Shown: positions 44,352 through 55,650 of the stretch, piece after piece
Layout: every line of letters starts with the position of its first letter
Position numbering within the stretch: position 1 is the stretch's first letter
DNA from: Tortispora ganteri
Lineage: Eukaryota
Direction of reading: 5' to 3'
NCBI GenBank assembly: GCA_003707115.1
Contig: PPNB01000006.1
Location: 310,001 to 374,000, forward strand
Length of the DNA: 64,000 bases
Program-made: the position numbers and the translations under genes
The notes under the pieces: generated by a model
Databases searched by the model: none
Told to the model about the DNA's origin: nothing
The model's input: only the letters and a program-made list of their open reading frames with translations

Positions 44352-47192
44352 TCATACCTTAGTCACATGAATCGACTTGAAGTCATGCAACTGCTTTTGT
44401 GCAACCTTGAGTTCCGCTCGTAGTTTGTCATTTTCGCCTTTAATTTCTTCAATTCGTATCTTTGATCCCTCATACTCCCTAACTCGTTTCTCTCTCTCAG
44501 CTTTCCATATCTTTCGCAACTCTTCGTTGGTCAAGTCCTTACTATGAGTGCTTGTCGAGTTTTCAATACGTTGCTCCTTGTAAGCTGCAGTCTTCTCAAT
44601 CTCACTCAACCTCTCAGAAACTTTCACAACACATGTATTCAGTTTGCTATATTCACTTTTAATCTTCCGAAGTATTTCTTGATGCTGAGTTTCAAAACTT
44701 CGCATTGAGACAATAACTCTGTCTACTACTTCGCTGTAGTGCCGACTAAAAGCAGAAAAATCACCAGTAATGTCAATTGAATCACCTTTTTTATGAATTT
44801 CTGGCTCAAGTACTGATGTAATTCTCTTAAGGCTTTTCAGAAGAAGTGCATCTTTGGCAGCTGCAGCGTTCAAGGATGCGGCCCGTTCCTGTGTACCTGC
44901 ACTTAACTTCGTCAATTCATTCTTATATCTAATAGCACGATTGGCAAGGCGCTCAATGTTGTTTTGATACTCTTCGATCTCTTTATCTTTATCAACGAGC
45001 TGGTCCTGCATTGATCTCAAAGAGTCTTTCTGTTTTTTCAGCTCCCTTATCAATAGATTAGCGGTATCCAATATGGTGTTTTCTGCTAAATCTCCATGAG
45101 ACACTTCCTTTGTATAAAGAGAAGCAACCTCCTTTAGAAGACTTTCAAGGTTACTATGTTCTGATAAAATTGTCTTGAGCTCCTGCCGCAATGACGCAAG
45201 TTCCGCAGTCATTTCACTAATTTCTTTGTCTTTGGCGTCATTTGAATTTGTCATAGCGGTTTTAACGTCAGCGAGTTGAGCTAGAATTTCATTCTTAGAG
45301 TCACGTTCATATTCCAGTGACTTAGTAACGCTGCTAATCTGTTCCTTTGTATCATTTAGTTGATTTAATGTCTCTGCTAATTTGTGTTCAACATCAAGCT
45401 TAGCATCATTCGCTTCATTAAACTTATTCTCAAACTCATGAGACGAAGAAGTCATCTCTAGTAAATCGGCTTCCATATTATCTTTCAGTAACAGCAAATT
45501 TTCTACCTCAGAATCCGACTTTTCCAGTTCTTTTTTCGTAGCATAAAGCTTTTGAACAGCATCATCTCTTTCGGCCATAATTTCATCAATTTGAGATAAT
45601 TTACATTGCAGAGATTCTATTTCCGCAGATTTATTATCGAGTTCTGCCGCAAAGGTCTCATTTTCGTCATCAAGCACAGCAACTCTGTTTTCGAGGATCT
45701 CAATTTCCTTCTCTAAGCGCTCCTTCTGATCGCGTAGGCTGTCGCTTTTATGAACTAATTCTTTTTCTAATTCCACGTTGTGAGCTTTTGCTTTCTCAAG
45801 GTCTTCTTTAAGGGTGACACATTCAGTTGATAACTCTTCAAGCAAATACGTAGCATTCTGAAATTCTGATTCGAAGTACTCGTTTTCAAGTTGAGCTTTT
45901 CGCAATTTACTTTGTAAATCAAACTTATCATTCTCCAGCCTTGTTCTATTAATATCAGCCATGTGCAGCTCCTCTTCGTGAGAAAGAGTATTCGGGATTT
46001 CAGAACAGTAGTCTGGAAAATTATAATCTGCAGAAGCAACACCAGAATTCAAAGACATACCGGAAAAGTGTCCTCTTTGAGAAGCATAATCATCGCTAGC
46101 TTCATCAATGTCAACTATATCCTTATATCTGCCTGATCTACTGCCATTGGATATTTGGAAAGAATCAGAATGCTCCAATTGTCTTAGAGCATCTTTATAA
46201 GTTTGCAATTCTGCTGTTAATTGATCGTTCTCCTCACGGAGAGCAGCCAATTCCTGCTGGTCAGAATCACGTAATTCCTTTTCCTTTTCAAGTCTATTAC
46301 CGAGATCAAATCGAATTTCCTCCAAATTTTTTTCCAATGAACGTTTTTCAGTTGCAAGACGCATATTTTCTTCCTCTAATTCACGAAGACCTTCTGGCAG
46401 GCATCTGTCACTTCGCTGCTCCAAGAAATGGACTCTCATTTGGTAGCGGAATATCTCATTTTTCAAATGAGTGATTTGTGCTGATTCTTCCCTTATTGTC
46501 ATATCGTTATTTCTTGAAATGGTATCAGCGACTGAGCCGCCGTTTGCAAGAGTGGAAAATTTCTTGTTAGGCACAGGGGTTTTGAAAGGGCCTGGTACAG
46601 GGCCCGATGAAGGAAGGAAATCTTCTGAATCTGATATTGAAACAGTGCATCTGTCAAGAGAGGAGTCTGAGTTTTCTCCTTCAGAGAGAATCAGTTCAGC
46701 TTCATCATTTTTATGATTGGAGAGGCTATCAGATCCCACAAGTATAGTGTTCATCGTATTGAAGTTGCTTAGCGAAGAGAGGTTCGAAGATGTTGATGGG
46801 GATGTGACGGCTGCATTGGTGCTGACGTTGCTTGATACAGAATGAGGAGCATCAGGGTTGGCTACTGAATGCAATGCGGCATCTGTGTAACTTTCAACAT
46901 CTGGTTTGGATTTTGTGAGCGATACAGGTGTAGCTGATACATCTGATTGAAATGTGGAACTTGATGGTGTAGAGGAAGCAGTATAGTGACTATGCACGAT
47001 TGTAGTAGGGCTGCCATCATTAACATCAGTAGCAGAAGAAATGTCGTTAGAAAAAGATTTCAGACTATTAGTGCTAGAAGTTTCCTCAACAGAGCCTTCG
47101 AAGATTCTTTTTATGGTGGAGATGCGAGACGGCGTGTCGTGGAGGGAAGTAAAGCCTAAAGGTGACGAGTAGCCGTGATCCTTACTAGTCAT
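44352..47192 (-). CDS. Gamma-tubulin complex receptor, Mto1/ApsB-like
   Basis: CM1 (Cnn_1N)-like IREESAQITHLKNEIFRYQMRVHFLEQR, long coiled coil, C-terminal KAEREKRVREYEGSKIRIEE (MASC-like). Confidence 0.8.
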   Translation of the reverse strand: MTSKDHGYSSPLGFTSLHDTPSRISTIKRIFEGSVEETSSTNSLKSFSNDISSATDVNDGSPTTIVHSHYTASSTPSSSTFQSDVSATPVSLTKSKPDVESYTDAALHSVANPDAPHSVSSNVSTNAAVTSPSTSSNLSSLSNFNTMNTILVGSDSLSNHKNDEAELILSEGENSDSSLDRCTVSISDSEDFLPSSGPVPGPFKTPVPNKKFSTLANGGSVADTISRNNDMTIREESAQITHLKNEIFRYQMRVHFLEQRSDRCLPEGLRELEEENMRLATEKRSLEKNLEEIRFDLGNRLEKEKELRDSDQQELAALREENDQLTAELQTYKDALRQLEHSDSFQISNGSRSGRYKDIVDIDEASDDYASQRGHFSGMSLNSGVASADYNFPDYCSEIPNTLSHEEELHMADINRTRLENDKFDLQSKLRKAQLENEYFESEFQNATYLLEELSTECVTLKEDLEKAKAHNVELEKELVHKSDSLRDQKERLEKEIEILENRVAVLDDENETFAAELDNKSAEIESLQCKLSQIDEIMAERDDAVQKLYATKKELEKSDSEVENLLLLKDNMEADLLEMTSSSHEFENKFNEANDAKLDVEHKLAETLNQLNDTKEQISSVTKSLEYERDSKNEILAQLADVKTAMTNSNDAKDKEISEMTAELASLRQELKTILSEHSNLESLLKEVASLYTKEVSHGDLAENTILDTANLLIRELKKQKDSLRSMQDQLVDKDKEIEEYQNNIERLANRAIRYKNELTKLSAGTQERAASLNAAAAKDALLLKSLKRITSVLEPEIHKKGDSIDITGDFSAFSRHYSEVVDRVIVSMRSFETQHQEILRKIKSEYSKLNTCVVKVSERLSEIEKTAAYKEQRIENSTSTHSKDLTNEELRKIWKAEREKRVREYEGSKIRIEEIKGENDKLRAELKVAQKQLHDFKSIHVTKV

Positions 47193-47409
47193 CGCAAAAG
47201 CAAATATAATTTAGTTTTTTATATGCGCTTTACAAGCGATATGCTAAGAATATTGGGACAGTTACAGGTCTATTCAATGTTGATTGTTTATAGTGGTTTG
47301 TTTTGATTAGAAAGGCTGAAAGGTCCCAAACCCGAAAGGGGTACTGACTCGTGATACATCATACAACACATCGCAGCTCCGAACCAACCACCAATCGCAC
47401 TTACAACTA

Positions 47410-48502
47410 ATGCCGTTAAAAAAGAATAATATTCTAATTGCAGGAGGTGCAGGATTTATGTGAGTTTGATTGTTAGTTAGATCTTCAAGGAATACTAACG
47501 TTTTATAGCGGATCGGCGCTTATCGAACACATCGCGGCGAAATACCCCACATATGTAATAGTATGTTTCGATTGTCTTTCGTACTGCAGTCAATTCAAGA
47601 ATATAGAGCCATATTTGAGTGAAAATGTTGTTTTTGTGAAAGGTAATATTACTAATAAAACCGAGTTGCAGTGCGCCTTAGAGAATTACGATATCAATGT
47701 TGTTATAAATCTAGCGGCTAATACGCACGTTGACCTTTCGCTGGAAATACCGTTTGATTTCACTAATGTGAATGTGATAGGAACTCAAGTAATTTTAGAA
47801 TGTTTACGCGAGCGCTCTATTGATCTATATTTGCATATGTCAACCGATGAAGTCTATGGAGACTCATATAGCAACACTAGCGATGCCCCCTTAAAGCCTA
47901 CGAATCCGTATTCAGCCTCTAAAGCTGCTGCTGATATGTTTGTTCATGCGTATATGAAGTCATTTAATATTCCAGCTATATTTGTGAGAACAAATAACGT
48001 ATATGGTCCACGACAGTTCCCTGAAAAATTAATACCAAAGGCTATTATGAACTTGCTTCGTGGTTCCAAGGTGCCCCTTCATGGTTCTGGTCTTAACCAG
48101 CGAAGGTACATACACTGCACTGACCTTGCTACAGCTATAGATTTAATTTTACATAAAGGCCAGGTAGCATCAGTGTATAATATTGGTTCTAAAATTGAAC
48201 TTTCTAACATTGATGTTTGTCAAGCCGTCATAAAGGCAATCCCTTCATTGTGCGAACATAAACTTGAGGATCATATAGAGTTCACAAAAGACAGGCCATA
48301 TAATGATTCAAGATATTTCATGAACTCTACATTAATAGAGTCTCTTGGCTGGAAGCCATATGTTTCTTTCGAGAGTGGTCTCGCTGACACTATAACCTGG
48401 TATGAGGCCAATTCTACAAATTGGTGGGGACCTATAACAGAATATGCATTGCAAGCATTTCCTCGCTACCCATCATCCCTTTTACATCCAAACGATACGT
48501 AA
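47410..48502 (+). CDS. NDP-glucose 4,6-dehydratase (RmlB/TGDS/UG4,6-Dh); exons 47410-47459 and 47509-48502
   Basis: Spliced N-terminus NILIAGGAGFIGS; NLAANTHVD, STDEVYG, PTNPYSASK, NVYGPRQFPEKLIP and DRPYND motifs. Confidence 0.93.
47460..47508 (+). other. Spliceosomal intron (49 nt)
   Basis: GTGAGT donor, TACTAAC at 47493-47499, TAG acceptor; removal rebuilds the GxxGxxG motif. Confidence 0.93.
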
Positions 48503-48545
48503 TAATTTATCAGATCAGGTAACATTCTGTAACTTAATGACGATA

Positions 48546-50042
48546 TCATACATTGTTATTCTTAAACCAGTCAGCAATCAAGAAAGCAGCATCTAAACTC
48601 TGATTCGAGCTCAAGCGCGGATCACATACGGTCAGATATCTAATTACCAAATCTTCATCCTCAAGGCCTTCTGAACCACCGATACACTCAGTCACGGCAT
48701 CACCTGTCAATTCGAGATGTACACCGGACACCCTGCTGTTGTTTTTGCTGTGAATTTCTAAAGCCTGCTGTAATTCAGATAAGATATCGGCTAGATATCT
48801 AGTTTTCAGTTCTGTCTTTGGAGAAACTTTGGTATTACCATGACAAGGATCGACCATCCATACCACTTTGTGACCTGAGTTTCGCACTGCTTCAATTTGG
48901 CTACTCAAATGATTTTGTATCTTCGTACAGCCATATCGCGTGATTAAGGTAACCCGTCCGGTCTCGAAATTAGGATCAACAATGTTCAAAAGATCTACCA
49001 ACTCTGAATCTGTCATGGAAGGGCCCACCTTCACGCCGATAGGATTTCGTATTCCTCTAAAGAATTCGACATGCGCCCCATCAACCTGTCTGGTTCTGTC
49101 TCCTATCCATAAGAAATGAGTAGATGTATCATAAAAACTGGATGAATCACTGCTGAATCCGTCTTTCAGTTTTCTCGTCAGTGATTGCTCATATTCTAAA
49201 TGAAGGCCTTCATGTGATGTGAAAAAATCCACTGTGTTTAATTGCTGCGAGTGGTCAGCGCCGACTGTATGCATGAACTGAAGCATTTCGCTGATAGATT
49301 TAGCCACTTCTTCGTATCTCGCACGAGTTGCAAAAGACTGTACATGCGAAAAATCCCAGTCAAATGACCTGCGTAAATCAGCAAACCCAGAGCCAATCGC
49401 TCCTCTAATGTAGTTCAGCGTCGCAGCAGAATGGAAATACGCGCTCACGAGTCTTGCAGGATCAGGAGTACGATCTTCGAGGTCGTAACCATTTATATTA
49501 TCGCCACGGAATGAAGGGAATTCCTGCCCCTGTATCATTTCCGTTAGTTTAGACCTAGGTTTCGCAAACTGTCCTGCGATTCTGCCTATTCTAATGATAG
49601 GAAGTTTCAATCCCCAAACAAGTACCATTGACATTTGTAATAAGATCTTAAGTCGACCTTCTATAGCTTCCTGTGTGCAATAATTAAACAGTTCGGCACA
49701 ATCTCCACCTTGTAAAACAAATGCTTTACCTTCTGCGGCATCTTTCAGTTTTTCGCGCAACTTATTAATCTCGTGCGGTGTGACCAATGGAGGCAACGAT
49801 TCGAGCTTCTCTAATGCCTTTTCCACAGCTTCCGCATCGTCGTATACTACATCCTGCTGAATAGGTTTCGTCTGCCAGGAAGTCGGAGTCCATTCTTCTC
49901 CAAGTCCGGAAGGGCGAAAAGATTCCGTCGGGGACATCGAAAGTGTACGCAGTTTTGCGGCCAGTTTTGCACCCTCGCTAGGAGCGAGCTTCGGCGGTTC
50001 AGTAGTGATGACCTTGTGTTTTATTTCGCATGGGGACGTCAT
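48546..50042 (-). CDS. Class II DAHP synthase (AroA-II)
   Basis: LQGGDCAE, RIAGQFAKPRS, FRGDNING, WIGDRTRQ, DPCHGNT and CDPRLS motifs. Confidence 0.96.
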   Translation of the reverse strand: MTSPCEIKHKVITTEPPKLAPSEGAKLAAKLRTLSMSPTESFRPSGLGEEWTPTSWQTKPIQQDVVYDDAEAVEKALEKLESLPPLVTPHEINKLREKLKDAAEGKAFVLQGGDCAELFNYCTQEAIEGRLKILLQMSMVLVWGLKLPIIRIGRIAGQFAKPRSKLTEMIQGQEFPSFRGDNINGYDLEDRTPDPARLVSAYFHSAATLNYIRGAIGSGFADLRRSFDWDFSHVQSFATRARYEEVAKSISEMLQFMHTVGADHSQQLNTVDFFTSHEGLHLEYEQSLTRKLKDGFSSDSSSFYDTSTHFLWIGDRTRQVDGAHVEFFRGIRNPIGVKVGPSMTDSELVDLLNIVDPNFETGRVTLITRYGCTKIQNHLSSQIEAVRNSGHKVVWMVDPCHGNTKVSPKTELKTRYLADILSELQQALEIHSKNNSRVSGVHLELTGDAVTECIGGSEGLEDEDLVIRYLTVCDPRLSSNQSLDAAFLIADWFKNNNV

Positions 50043-50264
50043 TAGTTTATAATGTGTCTAGCTATTGCCGATATTCTACAACTGAAATATCTTCTGAAAT
50101 TGAAAAAACTATTAGCGGAGTGAGTATTAAAGTGAACAAATACTATGATTGGCCAGCTAGTGGGAGTTTTTTTTTTTTGATTTCCCAAAAGGGTAAGCAG
50201 AAAAAAATACTTCCAAGTACCTTTCCTTCTTCACATTCGACCATCCGGCGAACAATTATACAAT

Positions 50265-52081
50265 ATGGGTACGGCTAAGAAGGAGAAAAATCGTAGGGCT
50301 AAAGAAGGTGTAAAAGTGAGCGGTACGCTTAAAGTGAAAGGTGAAAATTTTTACAGAGATGCCAAAAAACTGAAGCGACTAAACATGTACAAGGGCGGTA
50401 ACCCCGTTCGCAATGCCGACGGTAAAATTATCAAGGCTGCTGCTTTCCAATCCACTGAAATTCCTAAAGCTCGTGTCGAACCTAATAAAAAATGGTTTGG
50501 TAATACCAGAGTAATATCGCAAGAGTCGCTAGAACATTTTCGCAATAGCCTTGCTGAAACATCGAAAGATTCTTACTCGGTCCTTCTACATCGCAATAGG
50601 CTGCCGATGTCGTTACTGCAGGAATCAACAAAAACTGCTAAAGCTCAAACGTTAGACACTGAATCCTACGGCGATGTTTTTGGCCCTAAGGCACGCCGGA
50701 AGCGTGCTGAGGTATCTTCGTCTACTATGGACGAGTTTGCTCAAGAAACCGAGCGTGTCCACGACGAGTACCAGACCAGACTTGAGCACGACGAGCGTAT
50801 GCACGAAGTCAATCCCACTGATTGGATTCAAGAGGCTCGTGAAGCTGTATTTTCAAAAGGTCAGTCCAAGCGTATTTGGACTGAACTCTACAAGGTCATA
50901 GACTCTTCAGATGTTATTGTCCATGTCTTGGACGCTAGAGATCCCGCAGGAACTCGATGCAAATCGGTCGAACGATATATCCAAAAAGAAGCACCTCATA
51001 AGCATCTGATATTTGTTCTAAACAAGTGTGACCTTGTTCCTACATGGGTAGCGGTAAGTAATTTTTTTATTTTTTTCATTGTTTCTTTTCAAGCACACAG
51101 CATTGGCTTATGTCATTTTAGTTTTACCGCACGATAAATTGCGTTCGAGCATTTCAAACGGTGCCACAGTTATAGTCAGGATATATCCTGTTTATTTGTA
51201 GGATAATATCTGTTACAACTGTGGGAAATTGAGTTTCAGGCGACTACATTGATCGTTTTGATCAATCTGTTTGAAGCGGTCTTTATAGAGTTGCGCAGCG
51301 AAGAATCGATTTCGCTATGCTTGGTTAGGAAGACTACATACAATGACCAAATGCTGTTTATAGTTTCAAAGAAATACTCTTATTTGAATTGAAGCATCAA
51401 CTAACTTCATTATAGGCTGCGTGGGTAAAACATTTATCTAAAGATTACCCAACATTGGCATTTCACGCTAATATCAAGAACTCATTTGGAAAGGGAAGTC
51501 TTATTCAGCTACTTAGACAGTTTGCTGTGCTTCACAAAGATCGTAAACAGATCTCTGTAGGGTTCGTTGGTTATCCAAATACAGGAAAATCATCTGTCAT
51601 CAATACTCTTCGCAGTAAAAAGGTGTGCACTGTGGCCCCCATCCCTGGTGAAACCAAGGTATGGCAATATATCACACTTATGAAACGCATATTCCTCATT
51701 GACTGCCCCGGAGTAGTCCCGCCGAGTATGTCGGATACTGAGACTGATATATTACTTCGAGGTGTAGTTCGCGTTGAAAATGTTCAAAACCCTGAGCAAT
51801 ATATACCTGCTCTTCTGTCTAGATGCCAAGAAAAACATTTAATACGAACTTATGACATACCTATGTGGAAAGACGATGTCGAATTCCTATCGTTGATTGC
51901 GAAGAAGCACGGCCGCCTTCTGAAAGGAGGCGAAGCAGATGAATCCTCGGTGGCAAAATTAGTGCTCAATGACTTTCTGCGCGGAAAGATTCCCTGGTTT
52001 GTTACACCTCCTGAAGATGAGTCAAAAGCAGCAGAAAAACAGACTGAAGCAGTTCCTGAAGTAGCGGAAAGTGCCGTCTAG
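50265..52081 (+). CDS. NOG2: Nucleolar circularly permuted GTPase Nog2; exons 50265-51053 and 51416-52081
   Basis: NGP1NT N-terminus, [18 protein letters not shown] junction, GYPNTGKSS and DCPG motifs. Confidence 0.96.
51054..51415 (+). other. NOG2 intron (362 nt), snoRNA host
   Basis: GTAAGT donor, AACTAAC branch at about 51399-51405, TAG acceptor; phase 0, in frame. Confidence 0.93.
51160..51341 (+). ncRNA. snR191: Box H/ACA snoRNA, snR191/U19 orthologue
   Basis: Hairpin 1 stem CCACAGTT/AACTGTGG with pocket AGTCA + GTTAC. Middle hairpin 51233-51277. Hairpin 3 GTCTTT/GAAGAC with pocket AGAGT + TGGTTA. ACA at 51336-51338, 14 nt from the pocket. Guides complement LSU helix 69 (GUAACUAUGACUCU). 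S. cerevisiae snR191 lies in the NOG2 intron. Confidence 0.88.
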
Positions 52082-52223
52082 ATATATTTAATTTTTATGG
52101 ATGAGGACATAAGAAGGCCGACCGCAATCGTCCTTCTGAGTTGTAGTCGTTCACAGACTAATAGATAGGGTAAACGGTATATAAGATTATTTGGCAAATT
52201 AGAAACTTTTGCAGTTATCATAT

Positions 52224-55106
52224 TTAAAATTGAACGGATACTTCTTCACATCTGTGGCAAAGATCTCCTTCATTCATGGAAGAGTATTTCCAGCATCGCG
52301 GACACTTGTATTTATCAGCCTTATCTACACGGACAGAAATGTCCAAAGTGTCCATGTAAATGCAATACTCATCAGAAATTTGAACTGCGTCAGATTCAAC
52401 CTTCTCGACTTGTGAGCAGACAAATAAATCTGCAAGGAAGTCCTCGTCATACTTGGTCAGCAATGGAGATTTGCCGGATAGCACGACTTTAGCTTCCAAA
52501 TTTGAGCCTATAATTTGGTTTTTCCTTAATCTTTGAGTAAGTAAATTCACTGTAGTTTTTATCTGCTTCAAATTTTCCGTTTTTAGAGCAAGTGCAGCAT
52601 TTTCTTCATTGACCCATTCTGGAGGAAACTCATACCAACCTAATTCAAATGGACTAGCCATACCCGCTTTGAACCAAGTAGGTGAATAATTCCACACTTC
52701 TTGACATAAAATAGGTAATATAGGCCCAAGAATTGAGAGATATACTCTGAGGGTTTGTTGCAATATATAGGTGGCGGCTCTCCTAGTAATGGTGCTCGGG
52801 GAATCCGCATACAACGAATCCTTCCTTATATCAATGAAGAAAGCTGATAAGTTTGCATTGACATGATGGTTCAACATCTGTACAACACGACTAAACCTAT
52901 AGTTATCATAAGCCTCCTTTGACTCTCTGAGAAGAACACCTAAATCATATAACGCGACCCTCTCAAATTGAGGCAACTGGGTATAGTTCATTGCACTCGG
53001 CTGTTCATTCGTATTGAGTACACCCAAGATAAAACGAAAAGTAGTCCGCAACTTTCTGATACTGTCTGCAATCTGAGATAAAATTTTAGCACTAACAGCA
53101 ACATCGCTGCCATATTCAGCTTGCGCAACCCATAAACGCAACCCATCGACGCCAGTCGGCTTAATATTTTTGCCGTTTCCGTTGATCACATCGATGGGAT
53201 CAATTACATTTCCAATAGATTTAGACATCTTTTGACCCTTTTCATCTAATGTGAAGCCGTGCGTGATTAAATTCCTATAAGGAGCTTTAGGAACTGTGCT
53301 TTGAGGGGCAGTGGCAACAGCCGTAAGAAGTGATGACTGAAACCATCCGCGATGCTGATCTGATCCCTCAAGATAAACATCAGCATAAACATCTCTATCA
53401 GGGTATTTATCTGCAATCAACGTCCAGCTCGACCCACTATCAAACCAGACATCGATTGTCTCATTCTTTCGGTAATAGTTATCACATTTGTCTGCATATT
53501 TAGGATGAACCCAAGCACTGGTGGAGATATCAGGGTTGAACCATGCATCTGTTCCTATCTTTTGCATCTTGTCTATAATATAAGAAACACTTTCCAGAGT
53601 AATCAGTGGTTCATCTGTATCTTTATTATACAGTACCGGGATGGGCACTCCCCAAACTCTCTGTCTCGAAATGCACCATTCCGCACGAGATTTAGTAAAT
53701 GATTCCAGCCTGTGCTTGCTGTGCTTTGGATAAAAGCTAACGTAAGATAAAGCGTTAATAGCGTCTTTTTTGATTGCTTCAACATTGGCAAACCATTGGT
53801 GGGTAGCGCGTATGATGACTGGTTTTTTATGCCTCCAATCAAAGGGGTATTTGTGTCTATAGGATTGGATTTTAGCAGCAGAATTAGTAGATTTCAATAA
53901 CTTGATCACCTCAGATTGGCCCTCTTGAAGAACATTTTTTCCAGCTAAAAATTCCCACCCTTCTGGCATAGGCAGTGAGAAGCATCCGTCGTCTCCAACG
54001 ATCGAGTTGACTTCTATACCGTTCTCGAGTGCACTAAGATAATCTTCCATACCATGTGATGGGGCAATATGTACAAGTCCTGTACCAGATTCAGTTGTAA
54101 CATGATCTGCCAAAATTACCGGAAATGTAGCAGAATTAGCTTTTTCTGGAAGTGGATGTCTGTAAGTGGTGTTAACGAGTTGCAATCCAGAATATGACTG
54201 ACTAGTGGAAATCATTGAGTCTTCCTCGCCAATTGCTTTTGCGACCTCATTAACGAGATCAGATGCAACTAACAAGGTACCATGATTAAGAGTAGTGCAA
54301 AGTGTATATGTGGAGGTGGCGTTCACGGCTATTGCCTTATTAGCAGGAATAGTCCACGGCGTTGTTGTCCATATAAGAAGACTGACATCTTTAGCAAAAA
54401 TGTCAGAGTGCATTACTGGGAACTTGATATAGGCCGATGTGCTTTTGTGGATATCGTATTCTAGTTCTGCTTCAGCCAAAGCAGATTTGGATTCGATACT
54501 CCAATAAACAGGGCGGAACTTTCTGAATATAAGGCCACGAGCAATCATTTTTTCGAGTACTTTGAGCTGACGTATTTCATAATCAAGTTTCATCGTTAAG
54601 TAAGAGCTATTCCAGTCACCCATTATTGCCCAGGACTTGAACTGGGCCATTTGATCATTAACGGCCTCTTTAGCGACCTTACGAGCGAGCTTCCTAGTTT
54701 CTAGCGCAGGCAGCGTTTCAGGATCTTCAGCCTTCTCAAGCGCTTTTAATTCAATAGGAAGGCCATGACAGTCCCATCCTGGGATATACGATACTTTCCG
54801 GTGCTGCATTAGTTGATAGCGGATAATGATATCCTTCAGTATCTTGTTAAGGCTGTGGCCCATATGCACTTTACCATTTGCATAGGGTGGACCGTCATGT
54901 AATATAAAAAGGGATTCATCAGTTAAATTAGCTTGCTGCCATTCGTAGAGATCGTCCGTGCACTGCGGTATATAAGTCGAATTAATCTTTGCGCGATCGG
55001 ATCGCAATGGAAACTCCGTCTTCGGTAGGTTAAGCGTATGCGCATAATCATGTGACGATAATTGTCTCACCAAAGAGGGCCATTTAATAAGTAGGCGCTT
55101 TGACAT
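52224..55106 (-). CDS. ISM1: Mitochondrial isoleucyl-tRNA synthetase
   Basis: HDGPPYANG..HMGH, GWDCHGLPIE, WTTTPWT, EGSDQHRGWFQS and KMSKS motifs; C-terminal Zn finger. ATG at 55106 starts a presequence-like segment. Confidence 0.95.
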   Translation of the reverse strand: MSKRLLIKWPSLVRQLSSHDYAHTLNLPKTEFPLRSDRAKINSTYIPQCTDDLYEWQQANLTDESLFILHDGPPYANGKVHMGHSLNKILKDIIIRYQLMQHRKVSYIPGWDCHGLPIELKALEKAEDPETLPALETRKLARKVAKEAVNDQMAQFKSWAIMGDWNSSYLTMKLDYEIRQLKVLEKMIARGLIFRKFRPVYWSIESKSALAEAELEYDIHKSTSAYIKFPVMHSDIFAKDVSLLIWTTTPWTIPANKAIAVNATSTYTLCTTLNHGTLLVASDLVNEVAKAIGEEDSMISTSQSYSGLQLVNTTYRHPLPEKANSATFPVILADHVTTESGTGLVHIAPSHGMEDYLSALENGIEVNSIVGDDGCFSLPMPEGWEFLAGKNVLQEGQSEVIKLLKSTNSAAKIQSYRHKYPFDWRHKKPVIIRATHQWFANVEAIKKDAINALSYVSFYPKHSKHRLESFTKSRAEWCISRQRVWGVPIPVLYNKDTDEPLITLESVSYIIDKMQKIGTDAWFNPDISTSAWVHPKYADKCDNYYRKNETIDVWFDSGSSWTLIADKYPDRDVYADVYLEGSDQHRGWFQSSLLTAVATAPQSTVPKAPYRNLITHGFTLDEKGQKMSKSIGNVIDPIDVINGNGKNIKPTGVDGLRLWVAQAEYGSDVAVSAKILSQIADSIRKLRTTFRFILGVLNTNEQPSAMNYTQLPQFERVALYDLGVLLRESKEAYDNYRFSRVVQMLNHHVNANLSAFFIDIRKDSLYADSPSTITRRAATYILQQTLRVYLSILGPILPILCQEVWNYSPTWFKAGMASPFELGWYEFPPEWVNEENAALALKTENLKQIKTTVNLLTQRLRKNQIIGSNLEAKVVLSGKSPLLTKYDEDFLADLFVCSQVEKVESDAVQISDEYCIYMDTLDISVRVDKADKYKCPRCWKYSSMNEGDLCHRCEEVSVQF

Positions 55107-55650
55107 AATGGCTACCTTCGCGGGTTCTCCGAGTAGGTATACGCGCTTCTTTGAAGTCACAGGGTATTTTTGCGTGCAGTACTTTTGGGGGAGCTTCCGG
55201 TCGATCTATAGGCTAACCATTCATTATACTCTCCGCCATAACCTATCTCAGCTGTAATAATACATAACCTTGACCGTTATATGGCAAATTCAACATCATT
55301 ATGAATTATAATCAAATAATTAAGTAGATCAATTCTGCACGGGTCCATACCGTGGCTGAAGCTCGTATAGCGCACTACTATTTAAGGTTAGCCTGACTGA
55401 CCTTTACAACTCCAAACCAAGCTTTGCAACGTCCACATAGTTTGTCCTTTCTTTTATCGCGGGCCGTTGCCGTTTGATCTCTTTTTCTTTTCAATTAACT
55501 CTTTTCATTCTCGATTGCATCTATTCATTTGTCTGTGCATTGTTTACTTAGATTTGACAGTCTGGGCTTTGAACAGTTACACGTGCACTTCTACTTTTCG
55601 ATACCTCTAACGGCCGACTACCGCAAAATAGCTCAAAGTTATCTTGATAT

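Noticed and set aside
36347..50042. Tryptophan/NAD cluster (IDO + DAHP synthase + Tna1-like permeases)
   Set aside because: Genes are far apart and separated by unrelated housekeeping genes; permease substrate unknown.
52095..52140. ATGAGGA...CTGA with a small hairpin after NOG2 as a C/D snoRNA
   Set aside because: Too short, imperfect C box, no recognisable rRNA guide.
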